Below, piece by piece: positions 50,901-61,199 of a DNA stretch of 62,074 nt. The DNA lies in NCBI GenBank assembly GCA_964621445.1, contig CAZUNO010000017.1:1-62074 (forward strand), read 5' to 3'. Source of the DNA: Candidatus Hadarchaeota archaeon. GTDB taxonomy: Archaea > CAYQAE01 > CAYVLA01. Below the pieces are notes generated by a model. That model was not told the origin of the DNA. It saw only the letters and a list, made by a program, of their open reading frames with translations, and searched no databases. Each line of letters begins with the position of its first letter. The stretch's first letter is position 1. Both the position numbers and the translations under genes were made by a program.

Positions 50901-52640
50901 TTGTTCGAGATGAATTCACGGGATGCATTTGGCAGGATAGGAAGCCTGACAACCGCTCACGGAGATATAATAACACCAACCATACTCCCGGTGGTTGATC
51001 CCATTCAACAGGAGATCCCACCCGCTCGGATATTGGAGGAGACCGATGCCTGCGCCCTGATAACCAACGCTTTTCTGCTTTATAGGGATGAAAAGTCACG
51101 GAAAAAGGTCCTTGAAACCGGAATACATGACTTCCTGGGAGTGGACTGTCCCGTGGCAACTGACTCGGGAGGATACCAGATTTACCGGGGGAGGAGGGTC
51201 GGAGTTTCGCCCGATAAGATTCACATGTTCCAGGCCGATATCGGGTCGGACCTTGCCGTTGTCCTTGATATGCCACCCAGAGACGATATGGACCTCCAGC
51301 AAGCTAGCATATGTATAGATACCTCGATCGACAGGAGTCGAGAGCTGATGGGCTCGGCGCCCGAGGGCCCGCTTTGGTACGGGGTGGTGCATCTGACGCC
51401 ACACGACAGGCTGAGGGATAGGGAGATCAAGGCCATCTCCGGCATGGATTTCGACGTATTCGCCCTGGGCAGCTGCGTGGGGTCCCTGATCGAGTACAGG
51501 TTCGAATCCCACCTTGACCGCCTGATGAAAACGGCCCGTCAACTTGATCCCAGCGTTCCCAGACACGTGTTTGGAGCCGGGCATCCCATGTTCCTGGCCA
51601 TATCGGCCGCCTTTGGTGGCGACCTTTTCGACTCCGCCATGTATACCCTTGCTGCCAGCGACGGGAGATACCTGACCGAAAACGGTACCCGTAGGGTGGA
51701 CGATATGCTCGAACTCCCGTGTGATTGTCCTGCATGCAGGGACTCAGATCCAGAGGACATGGTTCAAGGTGCCAGAGGGAGGAAGCTTCTCTCGCTTCAC
51801 AATCTCCATAACACCTTTCGGGAGCTTAGAAAGACCCGTGAGGCCATAAGGTCAAACTCCCTGTGGGAATTGGTCCAGACCAGATGCAGGTCCCACCCCC
51901 GTCTCCTGGGTGCCGTTGCTGGTGCGCTGGAAGGACACGGCGATTTCCTGCAGACCGTTGACCCCCTTTACAAGAAATCCGCACTTTTCCATCTTGGCCC
52001 AGAGACCTCCCAAAGGCCGGAGGTCAAAAGGGCTGCCAGAAGAGCCAGGGAGCGGTTGCCGGACTCAAATGTCCACCATCACCCTCTTTATGGGGACATA
52101 CCGTGGGCGGTTTCCCTATGTTATCCCTTTGGACAAACCGTGCTTCCCTCGGAGTTGGAGGGAGATTTCCAGGAGGTAGAGGAACGAACTGGCTCCCAGG
52201 AGATTGTTGAGGGCTCGATAGATTATCAGCTGGGTCCTGGATGCGGGAGGTGCCTACGTCCATATGATATATTCAGATCTCCTAGGACCAATAGAATCCG
52301 GGGGATTGAAAGGGAGGGAGATCAGCTGGGGGTTTTCAGGGCAAATGATTTCGCCTTTCTGCCCAGCATGTTGGGGGCTTCCATCCTGAAGGAATATTTG
52401 CCCTGGCCCTCCCTCAGGGTAGCGGTGTCCGAGGAGGCCGTTCCCTTCGTGTCAAAGGGGCGCTCCGCGTTTGCCAAGTTCGTTGATGACTGTGACCCCG
52501 AACTGATTCCCGGTCAACAGGTTTTCCTGGTTGATGGTGAGGATGAGCTCCTGGCCACCGGCACGGCCAATATGAATGCCAGGGAGATGGAATGTTTCGA
52601 TGTCGGGGTCGCGGTAAGGGTCAGGCACTCCCTGCGATGA
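50901..52640 (+). CDS. tgtA: Archaeosine tRNA-guanine(15) transglycosylase
   Basis: TDSGGYQ, HVFGAGHP, DLFDSA, CDCPAC, C-terminal PUA. Confidence 0.95.
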   Translation: MFEMNSRDAFGRIGSLTTAHGDIITPTILPVVDPIQQEIPPARILEETDACALITNAFLLYRDEKSRKKVLETGIHDFLGVDCPVATDSGGYQIYRGRRVGVSPDKIHMFQADIGSDLAVVLDMPPRDDMDLQQASICIDTSIDRSRELMGSAPEGPLWYGVVHLTPHDRLRDREIKAISGMDFDVFALGSCVGSLIEYRFESHLDRLMKTARQLDPSVPRHVFGAGHPMFLAISAAFGGDLFDSAMYTLAASDGRYLTENGTRRVDDMLELPCDCPACRDSDPEDMVQGARGRKLLSLHNLHNTFRELRKTREAIRSNSLWELVQTRCRSHPRLLGAVAGALEGHGDFLQTVDPLYKKSALFHLGPETSQRPEVKRAARRARERLPDSNVHHHPLYGDIPWAVSLCYPFGQTVLPSELEGDFQEVEERTGSQEIVEGSIDYQLGPGCGRCLRPYDIFRSPRTNRIRGIEREGDQLGVFRANDFAFLPSMLGASILKEYLPWPSLRVAVSEEAVPFVSKGRSAFAKFVDDCDPELIPGQQVFLVDGEDELLATGTANMNAREMECFDVGVAVRVRHSLR

Positions 52641-54422
52641 TCAATCGTAGATGGTTCTAAGCAGAACTGCCTTGCCTCTTGTTGAGGATACCATCTCCCT
52701 CCCTGGTAGGACTGCCCTTCCCTGGGCCACCACCTTATCCTCCAGTCTCACCGCGACCTCGTCGTCGGGGCGTATCTCATCATTTGCGGAAATAACTCCC
52801 GGACAGTATATGACCTTGGTTTCCGGGTGGAAATCTATATCCACGCAGTAGCGATCGAGATCATTGAGCACATCCAGAGCCACGGGTTCCGGGGTATACA
52901 ATCCGTTATAGGGGTTTAGTCGGGCCACTGGTTCCCCCCCTGCGATCAGTCTCTTCACATTTCCTTGTGCCTTGACCTCGACGGGTCGATCGGTCAGGGC
53001 CTCGGAAACCTGCCTGCCGTATTGATAGGTCAATACCTTCCTGGGTCTATCCAGACGATCCGTTTTCGGCTTTTTTCCTTCCACCCCGGATAGGGCTTTT
53101 TCAAGGAGGTTTATGCCCTCCCGGGAGGCCGGTCTGGAGGCATCGGTGTACTGGAAACTCCATCCAAGCTCCCTCTCCGCTCTCTTGCAGGCCCGGAGAT
53201 ATCCTCCGCTGACGTGTACAACTACCTGTGATTCATCCCTTGTGATCGATGGTAGCAGATCGCTTAGGGAACGAGCCGCCATTTCCACTTCCTCCTGGCT
53301 CCATTTTCCGGTCACCGGTATATCGTAGTCTCTAGGAGGTGGAACCCCCTCCAGGGCACGGGGAACGGCTCCCAGAGGACTGGTGAGTATTACCTCCTCT
53401 ATCCTGATTTGGTCCGCCATCGGTTTCAAGGCCTGTTGGAACATCCGATGGGAGGGTGACCTGGAATAGGGCTTCCTCTTGGAACATGGCAGGATGACCA
53501 CGCAATCAGCTCCTCGTGGAGTCCGGTATCTGGAGGCAATCCTTTGCCTGAATCTAACCACCTCCGGCCATTTAAGGGAGAGATCGGTGAACCTTATGGT
53601 CTTCCCGGCTCCCGGGCAAACGGTGGTATGCCTCTCCAGATAATCTCCATGCTGGGAAAGAAAGGTCCTCAGGGCCGCAAATACTTCCGGATGGCTGACC
53701 GATCGTGCTTCGGCCATCAATTTCAGTTCCTTTTGCCATATCCGGTTCCGGACATCCGACAGAACCTGCTTCATGGAAAGCCGGTTGTGTGAAATTAGAC
53801 GTGAACGGCTATCGAGGGAATTATCCGCGCAAAAGGGACAGTAGCAGTCCACCCCCTCATCATCAACGGGGGCTGAATAGGTTGGAAACACCCTCTCCTC
53901 TGATTCCATGGCCGACCAGGCATGTGAATCAGCAAAGATATCCGCTCCGGCCAAGGAAAGAAGCGGCATGGCCCATATGTCGATATCCGGGAGGAGGATT
54001 GCCACATTGGGGGAAACTCTCCTCCTCAACCCGATCACCATATCCAGAACCCGCCCTAGGTCCGTCGTCTCCCCGCATTCCAGAATGACCATCCCCCTCG
54101 CCTCTACCTCTTCCTCGTCCCCTCTTGCACGGGCGTAGAAAACACCCTGCCGCAGTTCCGGTTCATCCAGCGAGGGGCTGGCCACCAGCAGTTCATCGTC
54201 CGGACCTCCAGGAGGTAGATCATTATCCTCACGGTAAACCCCTTCCGAGGGCCCAATGGCCAGGGACAGCCTGCCTCTGGTTCCCAGTTCAAAGATCCGG
54301 AAACCCTCCCGGCAACCGGTGAAATAGGCGCCACAAGGGGTGGGAATAGTTAGGTCATCCAGCTGCAGCATACCCAGACGAGCGGGCCCATCGTGGGAAA
54401 GGATTTCGAGCTCAGTCATCAA
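52641..54422 (-). CDS. arcS: Archaeosine synthase subunit alpha
   Basis: HDGPARLG, LPCSKRKPYSRSPSH, TSPLGAVPR, YDIPVTGKW, PUA domain. Confidence 0.93.
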   Translation of the reverse strand: MMTELEILSHDGPARLGMLQLDDLTIPTPCGAYFTGCREGFRIFELGTRGRLSLAIGPSEGVYREDNDLPPGGPDDELLVASPSLDEPELRQGVFYARARGDEEEVEARGMVILECGETTDLGRVLDMVIGLRRRVSPNVAILLPDIDIWAMPLLSLAGADIFADSHAWSAMESEERVFPTYSAPVDDEGVDCYCPFCADNSLDSRSRLISHNRLSMKQVLSDVRNRIWQKELKLMAEARSVSHPEVFAALRTFLSQHGDYLERHTTVCPGAGKTIRFTDLSLKWPEVVRFRQRIASRYRTPRGADCVVILPCSKRKPYSRSPSHRMFQQALKPMADQIRIEEVILTSPLGAVPRALEGVPPPRDYDIPVTGKWSQEEVEMAARSLSDLLPSITRDESQVVVHVSGGYLRACKRAERELGWSFQYTDASRPASREGINLLEKALSGVEGKKPKTDRLDRPRKVLTYQYGRQVSEALTDRPVEVKAQGNVKRLIAGGEPVARLNPYNGLYTPEPVALDVLNDLDRYCVDIDFHPETKVIYCPGVISANDEIRPDDEVAVRLEDKVVAQGRAVLPGREMVSSTRGKAVLLRTIYD

Positions 54423-55953
54423 TAATCTCCTTCAGCTCCCCGAAAAGCAGCCTGTCCGATATGACTTTCCTGATCTTCAGTTTAACCCTCTTGGCTATCA
54501 TGGATACATCGCCCTGAAAGGTCACAATAGGACCTCCTGTAATGGGAAAGGCTATCATTTGGTTCCTCTTTACCATGTTCCTCTCAGCGACCACGGCATC
54601 CACCAGTTCCTGGACATACAAACGTTTCTTCTCCAGATTAACCTCCCTCGTCGCTTCCGAAATGATGTTACTCGCCTCATCCATCCTGCTTGGAGGCCCC
54701 GTTCCAAACTGGGCGAAGGCCGAACTGGGAAGAGGCTTGAACCTGTATGTGGTGATCTTGGAAACCAGGGGCCCAAGGGTCCGGATCAGCCCCGCGGTTT
54801 TGCGGGCTCTCTCGATCGTCTGGCCCGGAAGGCCGTGTATAAAATAGACATATGGTTTCAGCCCGTGACTTTTGGCGATCCTAACCGCCTTAAGGGTTTC
54901 GCTAGGGGTTGCAGGTCTTCCTAATTCACGAGAATGCTCGGGATCCCCGGTTTCGCAACCTATATGGACCGAGGAGCCTGGAAGATTTTTGGAGATTATA
55001 CTGGCCACCCCATTGTCGAAGAGGGAAGGCTTAACGTTTTCTATTGATATGTTCGCCTCTCCCCCTGCGGCCTGCACGGCCTTACTGAACAGGGAGTCCA
55101 GCATTCTGTAATTGGGTTTTGGTTGACGGGGGTCACGTAAGTCCTTTCCCCGTTGGTAATCCAATATATCCGGGGCGGAGAGCACGATTCTCCGAACTCC
55201 GAGTTTCACCAGTTGCTTTACCTCCAGAGCGACTGGTTCTACCTCCCTTGATTTTGGAGGACCAAAGGTGGCGGGAACAGAGCAAAAACCGCAGCCGGGA
55301 GGTATGCCCTGGGGACAGTCCGCCAGACCGCACCCCTCCGTGCAGTTTGAACACTTCCTACCGTCAGGTAGCTCAATTATGGTTCTATTGAAGTTGCTGC
55401 ATCCTCTCACCACCTCCACATAGACCCTGCTGGCAAAGTGGGTGGGATAATCCACTATCCTCTCGGTTGAGGGAAAGTATTCCCTGTACCTGCTCTCATC
55501 CAGACGATCGGGAAGGAAATATCGAAAAGCTTCTTGTTCCTTGGTCACCACTCCATCTATTTCCTCCGGGTTTTCCCCGTCCATGATGGATTCAATGGCT
55601 AGCTCCCCCTCCCCCACCACGGCAAGATCAAAGCCACTGAAATTAAGGGCACGCTTTGGGGTCAGGGCCACCGGTCCCCCCAGTATCATTTTCGAACTGG
55701 TGGCGATCCTGCGGCATTTGCGCCCTATCTTCTTCAAAGCCTTGAGATCCATGGTCATGGCGGAAACAAGGATGAGGTCAAAATCGACCTTCCTACTCCT
55801 CTTGAGGAAATCTTCCGCCAGCTGGATGCGGCATTCAACGCCCCGGGATTCTAACAAACCGCATATCAATCTGGGACCACACCCTATGACATCCCTGGTA
55901 AGCTGTCTAGTCCCCTTACCGGAACCTAGGGCGTCTATCATCAAGGCTCGCAT
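54412..55953 (-). CDS. B12-binding-like radical SAM protein with split Cys motif and C-terminal TRAM-like domain
   Basis: ILGGP, VVGEGE, EVVRGC..(insert)..GCGFCSVP, IGCETG, YFIHGLPG. Confidence 0.88.
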   Translation of the reverse strand: MRALMIDALGSGKGTRQLTRDVIGCGPRLICGLLESRGVECRIQLAEDFLKRSRKVDFDLILVSAMTMDLKALKKIGRKCRRIATSSKMILGGPVALTPKRALNFSGFDLAVVGEGELAIESIMDGENPEEIDGVVTKEQEAFRYFLPDRLDESRYREYFPSTERIVDYPTHFASRVYVEVVRGCSNFNRTIIELPDGRKCSNCTEGCGLADCPQGIPPGCGFCSVPATFGPPKSREVEPVALEVKQLVKLGVRRIVLSAPDILDYQRGKDLRDPRQPKPNYRMLDSLFSKAVQAAGGEANISIENVKPSLFDNGVASIISKNLPGSSVHIGCETGDPEHSRELGRPATPSETLKAVRIAKSHGLKPYVYFIHGLPGQTIERARKTAGLIRTLGPLVSKITTYRFKPLPSSAFAQFGTGPPSRMDEASNIISEATREVNLEKKRLYVQELVDAVVAERNMVKRNQMIAFPITGGPIVTFQGDVSMIAKRVKLKIRKVISDRLLFGELKEIIDD

Positions 55954-55992
55954 TGGTTACATTCCCTTTTCCGGACAGAGGATTTAACTTGT

Positions 55993-56883
55993 TCAGAGAA
56001 CTGGCCCTTCCGACACCTTTTTTGATACCTCTACGAAATCTGGAAATCGGAGCGGACGGCTACGTTCGATCACACAGGCGGCCAGAGCGGAACCGAAATG
56101 ACATGCCTTTATGCTATCCATACCCGATAGTCTCCGGTGCATGAAACCAGCCATGAAACAGTCCCCCGCACCCGTCCAGTCGACGGGGTCCGAAGGATAT
56201 GGGGGTATGGATATCATCTTGGGGCCGGAGTACAAAAGTGCGCCCTTGGGCCCCAAGGTGATTATGAATTCGCGCGGCTTCCCTTTCTCCCTTATTGCGC
56301 TGGTCGCCTTCTGCCATCTTTTTTTGGACCCTAGAATGGATCTGGCCTCCTCCCTGCCCATCTTGACTATGTCGACCGAGTTCATCCATTTCCGCAACTC
56401 GGTTGATAGGCCGGTTGAGTGCCTGATTTTCGCCGTTTTCCCATCGATCCGCCTGATTAAACCCTGAACATCGAGGCTACGGAGAGAAAAATCCTGGAGA
56501 TCACTTCTGATATCCGAATCCAGCTCATGCTCCACCGGTCCAAGATGGATACCACAGGAGTCCGTGGGTGCCAGGTCCAGATCCTTCCGAGTTATCTTGG
56601 AACTCCTTTTTAGAAGACGAATCGAGCGTTCAGGGCCGCGATAAGCTAGTTCAAATCGACAGTTGCTCCCTGGGCCCACATATTGGGTTTCTGCCCCAAT
56701 GGACTTGAGCTGGCGAAGCATTTCATCGTCATTGGTCTTGGTGATGGCTATCGACCGACCGCCTAGGGCCGAGAATGCTCCCGAGAAATAGTATACGGTG
56801 CCCCCTACACCGGTCCTTGTCCCCTGCTTTCCTTTCACTATGTCCTGGCACAAGCCACCTACTACCAGGCAACAGGTCTTCAT
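55993..56883 (-). CDS. PfkB/ribokinase-family kinase
   Basis: GGTVYY, ITLGPKGA, DWTGAGDCF. Confidence 0.9.
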   Translation of the reverse strand: MKTCCLVVGGLCQDIVKGKQGTRTGVGGTVYYFSGAFSALGGRSIAITKTNDDEMLRQLKSIGAETQYVGPGSNCRFELAYRGPERSIRLLKRSSKITRKDLDLAPTDSCGIHLGPVEHELDSDIRSDLQDFSLRSLDVQGLIRRIDGKTAKIRHSTGLSTELRKWMNSVDIVKMGREEARSILGSKKRWQKATSAIREKGKPREFIITLGPKGALLYSGPKMISIPPYPSDPVDWTGAGDCFMAGFMHRRLSGMDSIKACHFGSALAACVIERSRPLRFPDFVEVSKKVSEGPVL

Positions 56884-56895
56884 CCATATACCTTC

Positions 56896-57951
56896 CTAGA
56901 GAATGGAGATCCCGCTACCATGAATCAACAGCCCGACCACAACTGCGGCTAGCCCCGAGATGGCGCATATGAGCCAGTGAAGGTGGACATGCCAACTCTC
57001 CCTCTTTTGAAACAAATGCATGCCCAGGAAGTAAAGTGAACCATACTCTCCTCCCGGTGGGGGTCTTAGGGTTCCGTCCTCGTTGACCGTGGCAAACTTT
57101 GCTTCAGGGTTCCGGGAGAAGTAGCGCAACTTGGATACATACATCAGAAAGTTCACGATATGGGGGATTAGAGCCACCACGGCAATGACCTTTATCCTCC
57201 CCACCAGTGATGCTATGGCCAGGCAGGCTCCTATGGATAGAGTGCCAACATCTCCGGGAAATACACGTGCCGGCATTCGATTGTATATCAGGAAGGCGGC
57301 AAGTGCTCCAATCATAGGGGCGAGAACTATCACCGCCGACCATCTCCCGATAGCGGCGGCTGCCAGGGCGGTGAAGGAACAGGCAATAATTCCGCATCCG
57401 ATCTCAAGGCCGTTAAGCCCGGCATACATGTTGGTGAGGTTCGAGGCCGCGGTAATACCGATGGGGATAAGTACCAGGGGGTAAAGCAATCCGAGGCGAA
57501 TGTACCCGGCAATGGGTATCCAGAATCTATACCTATCCAGAAAGGCAAAGGAAAGCGGTAAAGCGGCGAAGGCGGGTAGTATGACCTTATATCTCTGAGG
57601 AATATTCAGGTAATCATCGACCAGACCGATAAACCCGACGGAGAGAACGGTGGCCATTGCCGATAACATCCAGATATACAGCTCCTCCTTCGGTGGATAC
57701 CCGGGCTCCGGCTGGTAGGAGTAACTCACGAACATGTAGCTGAAAAGGGTCAGGCTTACCACAACGGCCATCACGATGGCTATCCCCCCTGATTCTGGGA
57801 CATAGGTTTCCTTTACCTTGAGCATGTCCCGTCCTTCTATATCCTCCTCCCCCAGTCTCGATATCAATTTGGGCATGGTTAGGTATACGATTAAGAATGA
57901 TAGGGCCAGACCCGACCAGCAAAGGATCATGGAAATCATATCGGGGTTCAT
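56896..57951 (-). CDS. MraY/AglH-like UDP-GlcNAc:polyprenyl-phosphate GlcNAc-1-P transferase
   Basis: PESGG, GLVDD, NMYAGLNGLE, VFPGDVGT. Confidence 0.9.
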   Translation of the reverse strand: MNPDMISMILCWSGLALSFLIVYLTMPKLISRLGEEDIEGRDMLKVKETYVPESGGIAIVMAVVVSLTLFSYMFVSYSYQPEPGYPPKEELYIWMLSAMATVLSVGFIGLVDDYLNIPQRYKVILPAFAALPLSFAFLDRYRFWIPIAGYIRLGLLYPLVLIPIGITAASNLTNMYAGLNGLEIGCGIIACSFTALAAAAIGRWSAVIVLAPMIGALAAFLIYNRMPARVFPGDVGTLSIGACLAIASLVGRIKVIAVVALIPHIVNFLMYVSKLRYFSRNPEAKFATVNEDGTLRPPPGGEYGSLYFLGMHLFQKRESWHVHLHWLICAISGLAAVVVGLLIHGSGISIL

Positions 57952-58898
57952 GAATCCATCAGCTCCTCGATTGCAGCACAGTACTCGTCCGCCATCTTCT
58001 GTATTGAGAATGGCTTGACGCTATCTCGGCATCTTGTTGAAAGCGTGTTCCATTTGGTTGTATCCAGAGCCATCACCGCCTCCAGACTTTCAGTATATTC
58101 CTCCGGCGTTCCCTGTTTTATTGGAGTAACCACCTCATCCAGCCGAGGGTCCAGCTTTCCTGGAGATGCTACAGGCAATCCGCAGGCTAGGTACTCCAGC
58201 ATCTTAAGCGAGGCACTCTCGACAGCGGGAACCAGGCCCATACGACATCTCGAAAGCAATTCTGGCACCCTTTTGTATTTCGCGTACCCTTGAAATTTGA
58301 TATCCGCTTCCCTTTCACGGGCATACTCCCGGTAGAAATCCATATCCTCCCCTCTTCCTATGAAGAGGCATCTGGCTCCAGAAATGGCAATTCCATCTAT
58401 CATGGTTTCGAGCTTGTATTGCTTTTCGATCTTTCCCAGATAACAGGCATCGTACTGCTTCTCGATTTTGGGGTATGGCCTTAGGAGTTCCAGATCGACC
58501 CCGTTGGGAACGTATTTGATGTCGCTGAGACCCGCGTCCAGATAGTTCCGGTAACTGGCATAGTCGGCACAGATGACCAGGTCCATTTTTTGGAGATATC
58601 TCTCCTCAACCATATCCACCAAAAGCCCCTTTAACCATCTGTTATGGGTGATGGATCTCTCGGAATCCGTGATATCGACGACATTCAGCCCCCGGTTTAC
58701 TCCCAGGATTATTGGCACGTAGTATAAATTCCAAACCAGAACGGCATCCGGCCCGCTTTTCATGATTCTGGTTACTAGCTTGGCATATGTCGTTGCATAG
58801 TCCAGATAGTAGTTTACATGAAAGGAGGGATCGATGTGGTAAAACTGGTAATCGAACCTATCTTCCAGATAGGGTTTGAGTCTAAGCGGCCTTGACAT
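57948..58898 (-). CDS. GT-B (family 4-like) glycosyltransferase
   Basis: VPNGVD, YLGKI, SLKMLEYLACGLPV. Confidence 0.88.
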   Translation of the reverse strand: MSRPLRLKPYLEDRFDYQFYHIDPSFHVNYYLDYATTYAKLVTRIMKSGPDAVLVWNLYYVPIILGVNRGLNVVDITDSERSITHNRWLKGLLVDMVEERYLQKMDLVICADYASYRNYLDAGLSDIKYVPNGVDLELLRPYPKIEKQYDACYLGKIEKQYKLETMIDGIAISGARCLFIGRGEDMDFYREYAREREADIKFQGYAKYKRVPELLSRCRMGLVPAVESASLKMLEYLACGLPVASPGKLDPRLDEVVTPIKQGTPEEYTESLEAVMALDTTKWNTLSTRCRDSVKPFSIQKMADEYCAAIEELMDS

Positions 58899-58971
58899 GG
58901 GGGTATAACGATCGATTTCTCTTTGACGCGGAAAAGCGCCCAATAGTTGTCCGGGCAGGATTCTCCCTTCT

Positions 58972-59955
58972 TCAGAATTCTATTATCTTATGCTCCCTTC
59001 CTGATTCCTCGGCTAGCGTCGCTATCTCAACTGCCTTTATCCCGTCCTCTCCAGTCACCGGGGGCTCCGTTCCCTGCTCCACAGATTCCACGAATCTCTC
59101 TAGCTCTATCTTAAGCGGCTCCTTTTTCCTAATTGGTATCTTCCTCATTTCACCCTCGGTCATGCCAAGAAGTATGTCCGAGAAATCGGAGAACTCCTCC
59201 ACGTATGATATCTCGTATTTCCGTAGCTCCTGACGTATATAGTCGACCTCGAACATGGCCTCCAGCCCCTGGATTACCAGCCGCCTGGTCTTGACCGGCG
59301 TGAGCCAGTTGACATCTATCGAAGCAAGGACCTGATTCTCAAACCTGATTAGTATCTTGCCATAGTCCGTCTGATCCTGATGGATTACCCTTCCACACTC
59401 ACAGTAGAGCCTTTTTGGATCCGAATCCAGGATGTACCTCAACATGTCCACGTCATGAACTCCAAGATCCACTATGGCACTCACGTCCCTAACTCTATTT
59501 GGGAGCGGTCCAGCGCGGGTGGCAAAGGAAATTGTTGGTTTTCCAAGCTCGTTGATCATTTTCTTTAACTGGATTATGGCGGGATTGAATCGCTCTATAT
59601 GGCCCACCATGAGATTGATGTCCTCCCGCTTTGCCCTATCGACCAGTGATCTAGCTCTCTGAATATCAAAATCAATTGGCTTTTCAACCAATAGGTTAAT
59701 GCCATTATCAATGACCTTCGATGCCACCTCGTAATGATTGGCTGTGGGGACTGCTACACTCATTAAATCGAGGTCCATCTCCGAGATCATATCTTCCAGG
59801 TGATGGAAATAAGGTACCTTGTACATTTTAGCAATGTGAGAGGCCCTTTCCGAATTGGAATCGCAAATAGCTGATAGTTCGACCTCCTCGATCTCATTAT
59901 ATATTCTAGCGTGATTTCTCCCCATTTCGCCAACGCCGACTACAGCAGCCTTCAA
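58972..59955 (-). CDS. Gfo/Idh/MocA oxidoreductase (UDP-GlcNAc 3-dehydrogenase-like)
   Basis: VGVGEMGRNH, VEKPI, GHIERFNPA, DLGVHDVD, NWLTPVK. Confidence 0.9.
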   Translation of the reverse strand: MKAAVVGVGEMGRNHARIYNEIEEVELSAICDSNSERASHIAKMYKVPYFHHLEDMISEMDLDLMSVAVPTANHYEVASKVIDNGINLLVEKPIDFDIQRARSLVDRAKREDINLMVGHIERFNPAIIQLKKMINELGKPTISFATRAGPLPNRVRDVSAIVDLGVHDVDMLRYILDSDPKRLYCECGRVIHQDQTDYGKILIRFENQVLASIDVNWLTPVKTRRLVIQGLEAMFEVDYIRQELRKYEISYVEEFSDFSDILLGMTEGEMRKIPIRKKEPLKIELERFVESVEQGTEPPVTGEDGIKAVEIATLAEESGREHKIIEF

Positions 59956-60168
59956 CTTCTAGACCCTACCTCGATATCAGGATATTGTGGCTCTATTAAA
60001 TATCTTGAGCACTTAATAGGTCTCAGGGATACATTTTAGAGAAAATTGGAAAAAGCGTAGATGGTTCGGGAGAAGAAGCGCATCCTAGATTAACCATATT
60101 GTCTTCTCCATTGATCCGTGATGATTTCTATTTGCTAGTCGGGCATCTGATTCAATTGGAAAACGAGG

Positions 60169-61116
60169 TTGGGTGGAAGGTCTTTGAAACCAGGTGGAAC
60201 CAGGGATCGGCATGACAGGCTTACCTATTTGATTGAGAAGAATAGAGTCCCTGACCCGGTGGATCCCATAACGGATGATGGGGTTTTCTGGCCTGATGGT
60301 TTCAAATTTGCGGCTTGGGCAAGTCATGATGTTGATAGATTTTATACACCAAGAGTTAGAATCCACCAATCAGTTACACATCTAAGAAAAAAACGACTTA
60401 GAAAATGTGCGAAGACACTTTTGGGAAGCGATCCCTCAACGATTGGAAAGATCGTGGAACTCGATGAAAGTTTGGGTATCCGTTCTACTTTCTTTCTTTT
60501 GGCCGATAATTATGGCCACGATTTGAACGGAGTAGGAATTGGTCTTGATAAAGGATTCGAATTCGGGCTACATGCTTCCTATGATTCTCATTTATCTAGA
60601 AAGAAGCTGAAGCAAGAAAAGATGAGTCTTGAAAAAGCGATTAATGTCGAGGGTATTTTGGGAGTTCGTCATCACTATTTACGCTTTAGGAAACCTGAGA
60701 CCTGGAAAAGTCAAATGGGAATCTTCAAATATGATTCGACACTTGCCTGGCCAGATTATGTTGGGTATCGTGATGGAAAGGCAAACCCATTCCCGACGCA
60801 ATACGGCCTTTGGGAGATTCCACTCGCAGTTATGGATGTAACGGTTTTCAATGTCCAGAAAATTCGGTGGAGAGAATTAAAGAATCTCGTTGATTCTGTT
60901 TATGAAAGTGGGGGAGTATTTACCTATTTATGGCATAACGAATCTCTAGCAGAAATATCCGCAACTAGGCCATGGCGAGAAACTTATGTTAAACTCACTC
61001 ATTACTTGCAGGAGAAAGGAGCCTGGTTTGCTACTGGAAGGGAAATTATCGAATGGGCAGAAGATAACTGGCCCTTTCAACCATATGAAGTGAATAGTTC
61101 TAGTGACTTTCAATAG
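60169..61116 (+). CDS. Polysaccharide deacetylase-family protein (start uncertain)
   Basis: SHDVD, STFF, GLHASY, GVRHHYLR, YDST, LWHN. Confidence 0.85.
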   Translation: MGGRSLKPGGTRDRHDRLTYLIEKNRVPDPVDPITDDGVFWPDGFKFAAWASHDVDRFYTPRVRIHQSVTHLRKKRLRKCAKTLLGSDPSTIGKIVELDESLGIRSTFFLLADNYGHDLNGVGIGLDKGFEFGLHASYDSHLSRKKLKQEKMSLEKAINVEGILGVRHHYLRFRKPETWKSQMGIFKYDSTLAWPDYVGYRDGKANPFPTQYGLWEIPLAVMDVTVFNVQKIRWRELKNLVDSVYESGGVFTYLWHNESLAEISATRPWRETYVKLTHYLQEKGAWFATGREIIEWAEDNWPFQPYEVNSSSDFQ

Positions 61117-61199
61117 AATTTCTCACCTTCTCGGGCCCTCTTTTGATTCCGAGTCATGATTCTAGTTTTCATCAAGGAGAAGAGGACTTCGAAATAAGG

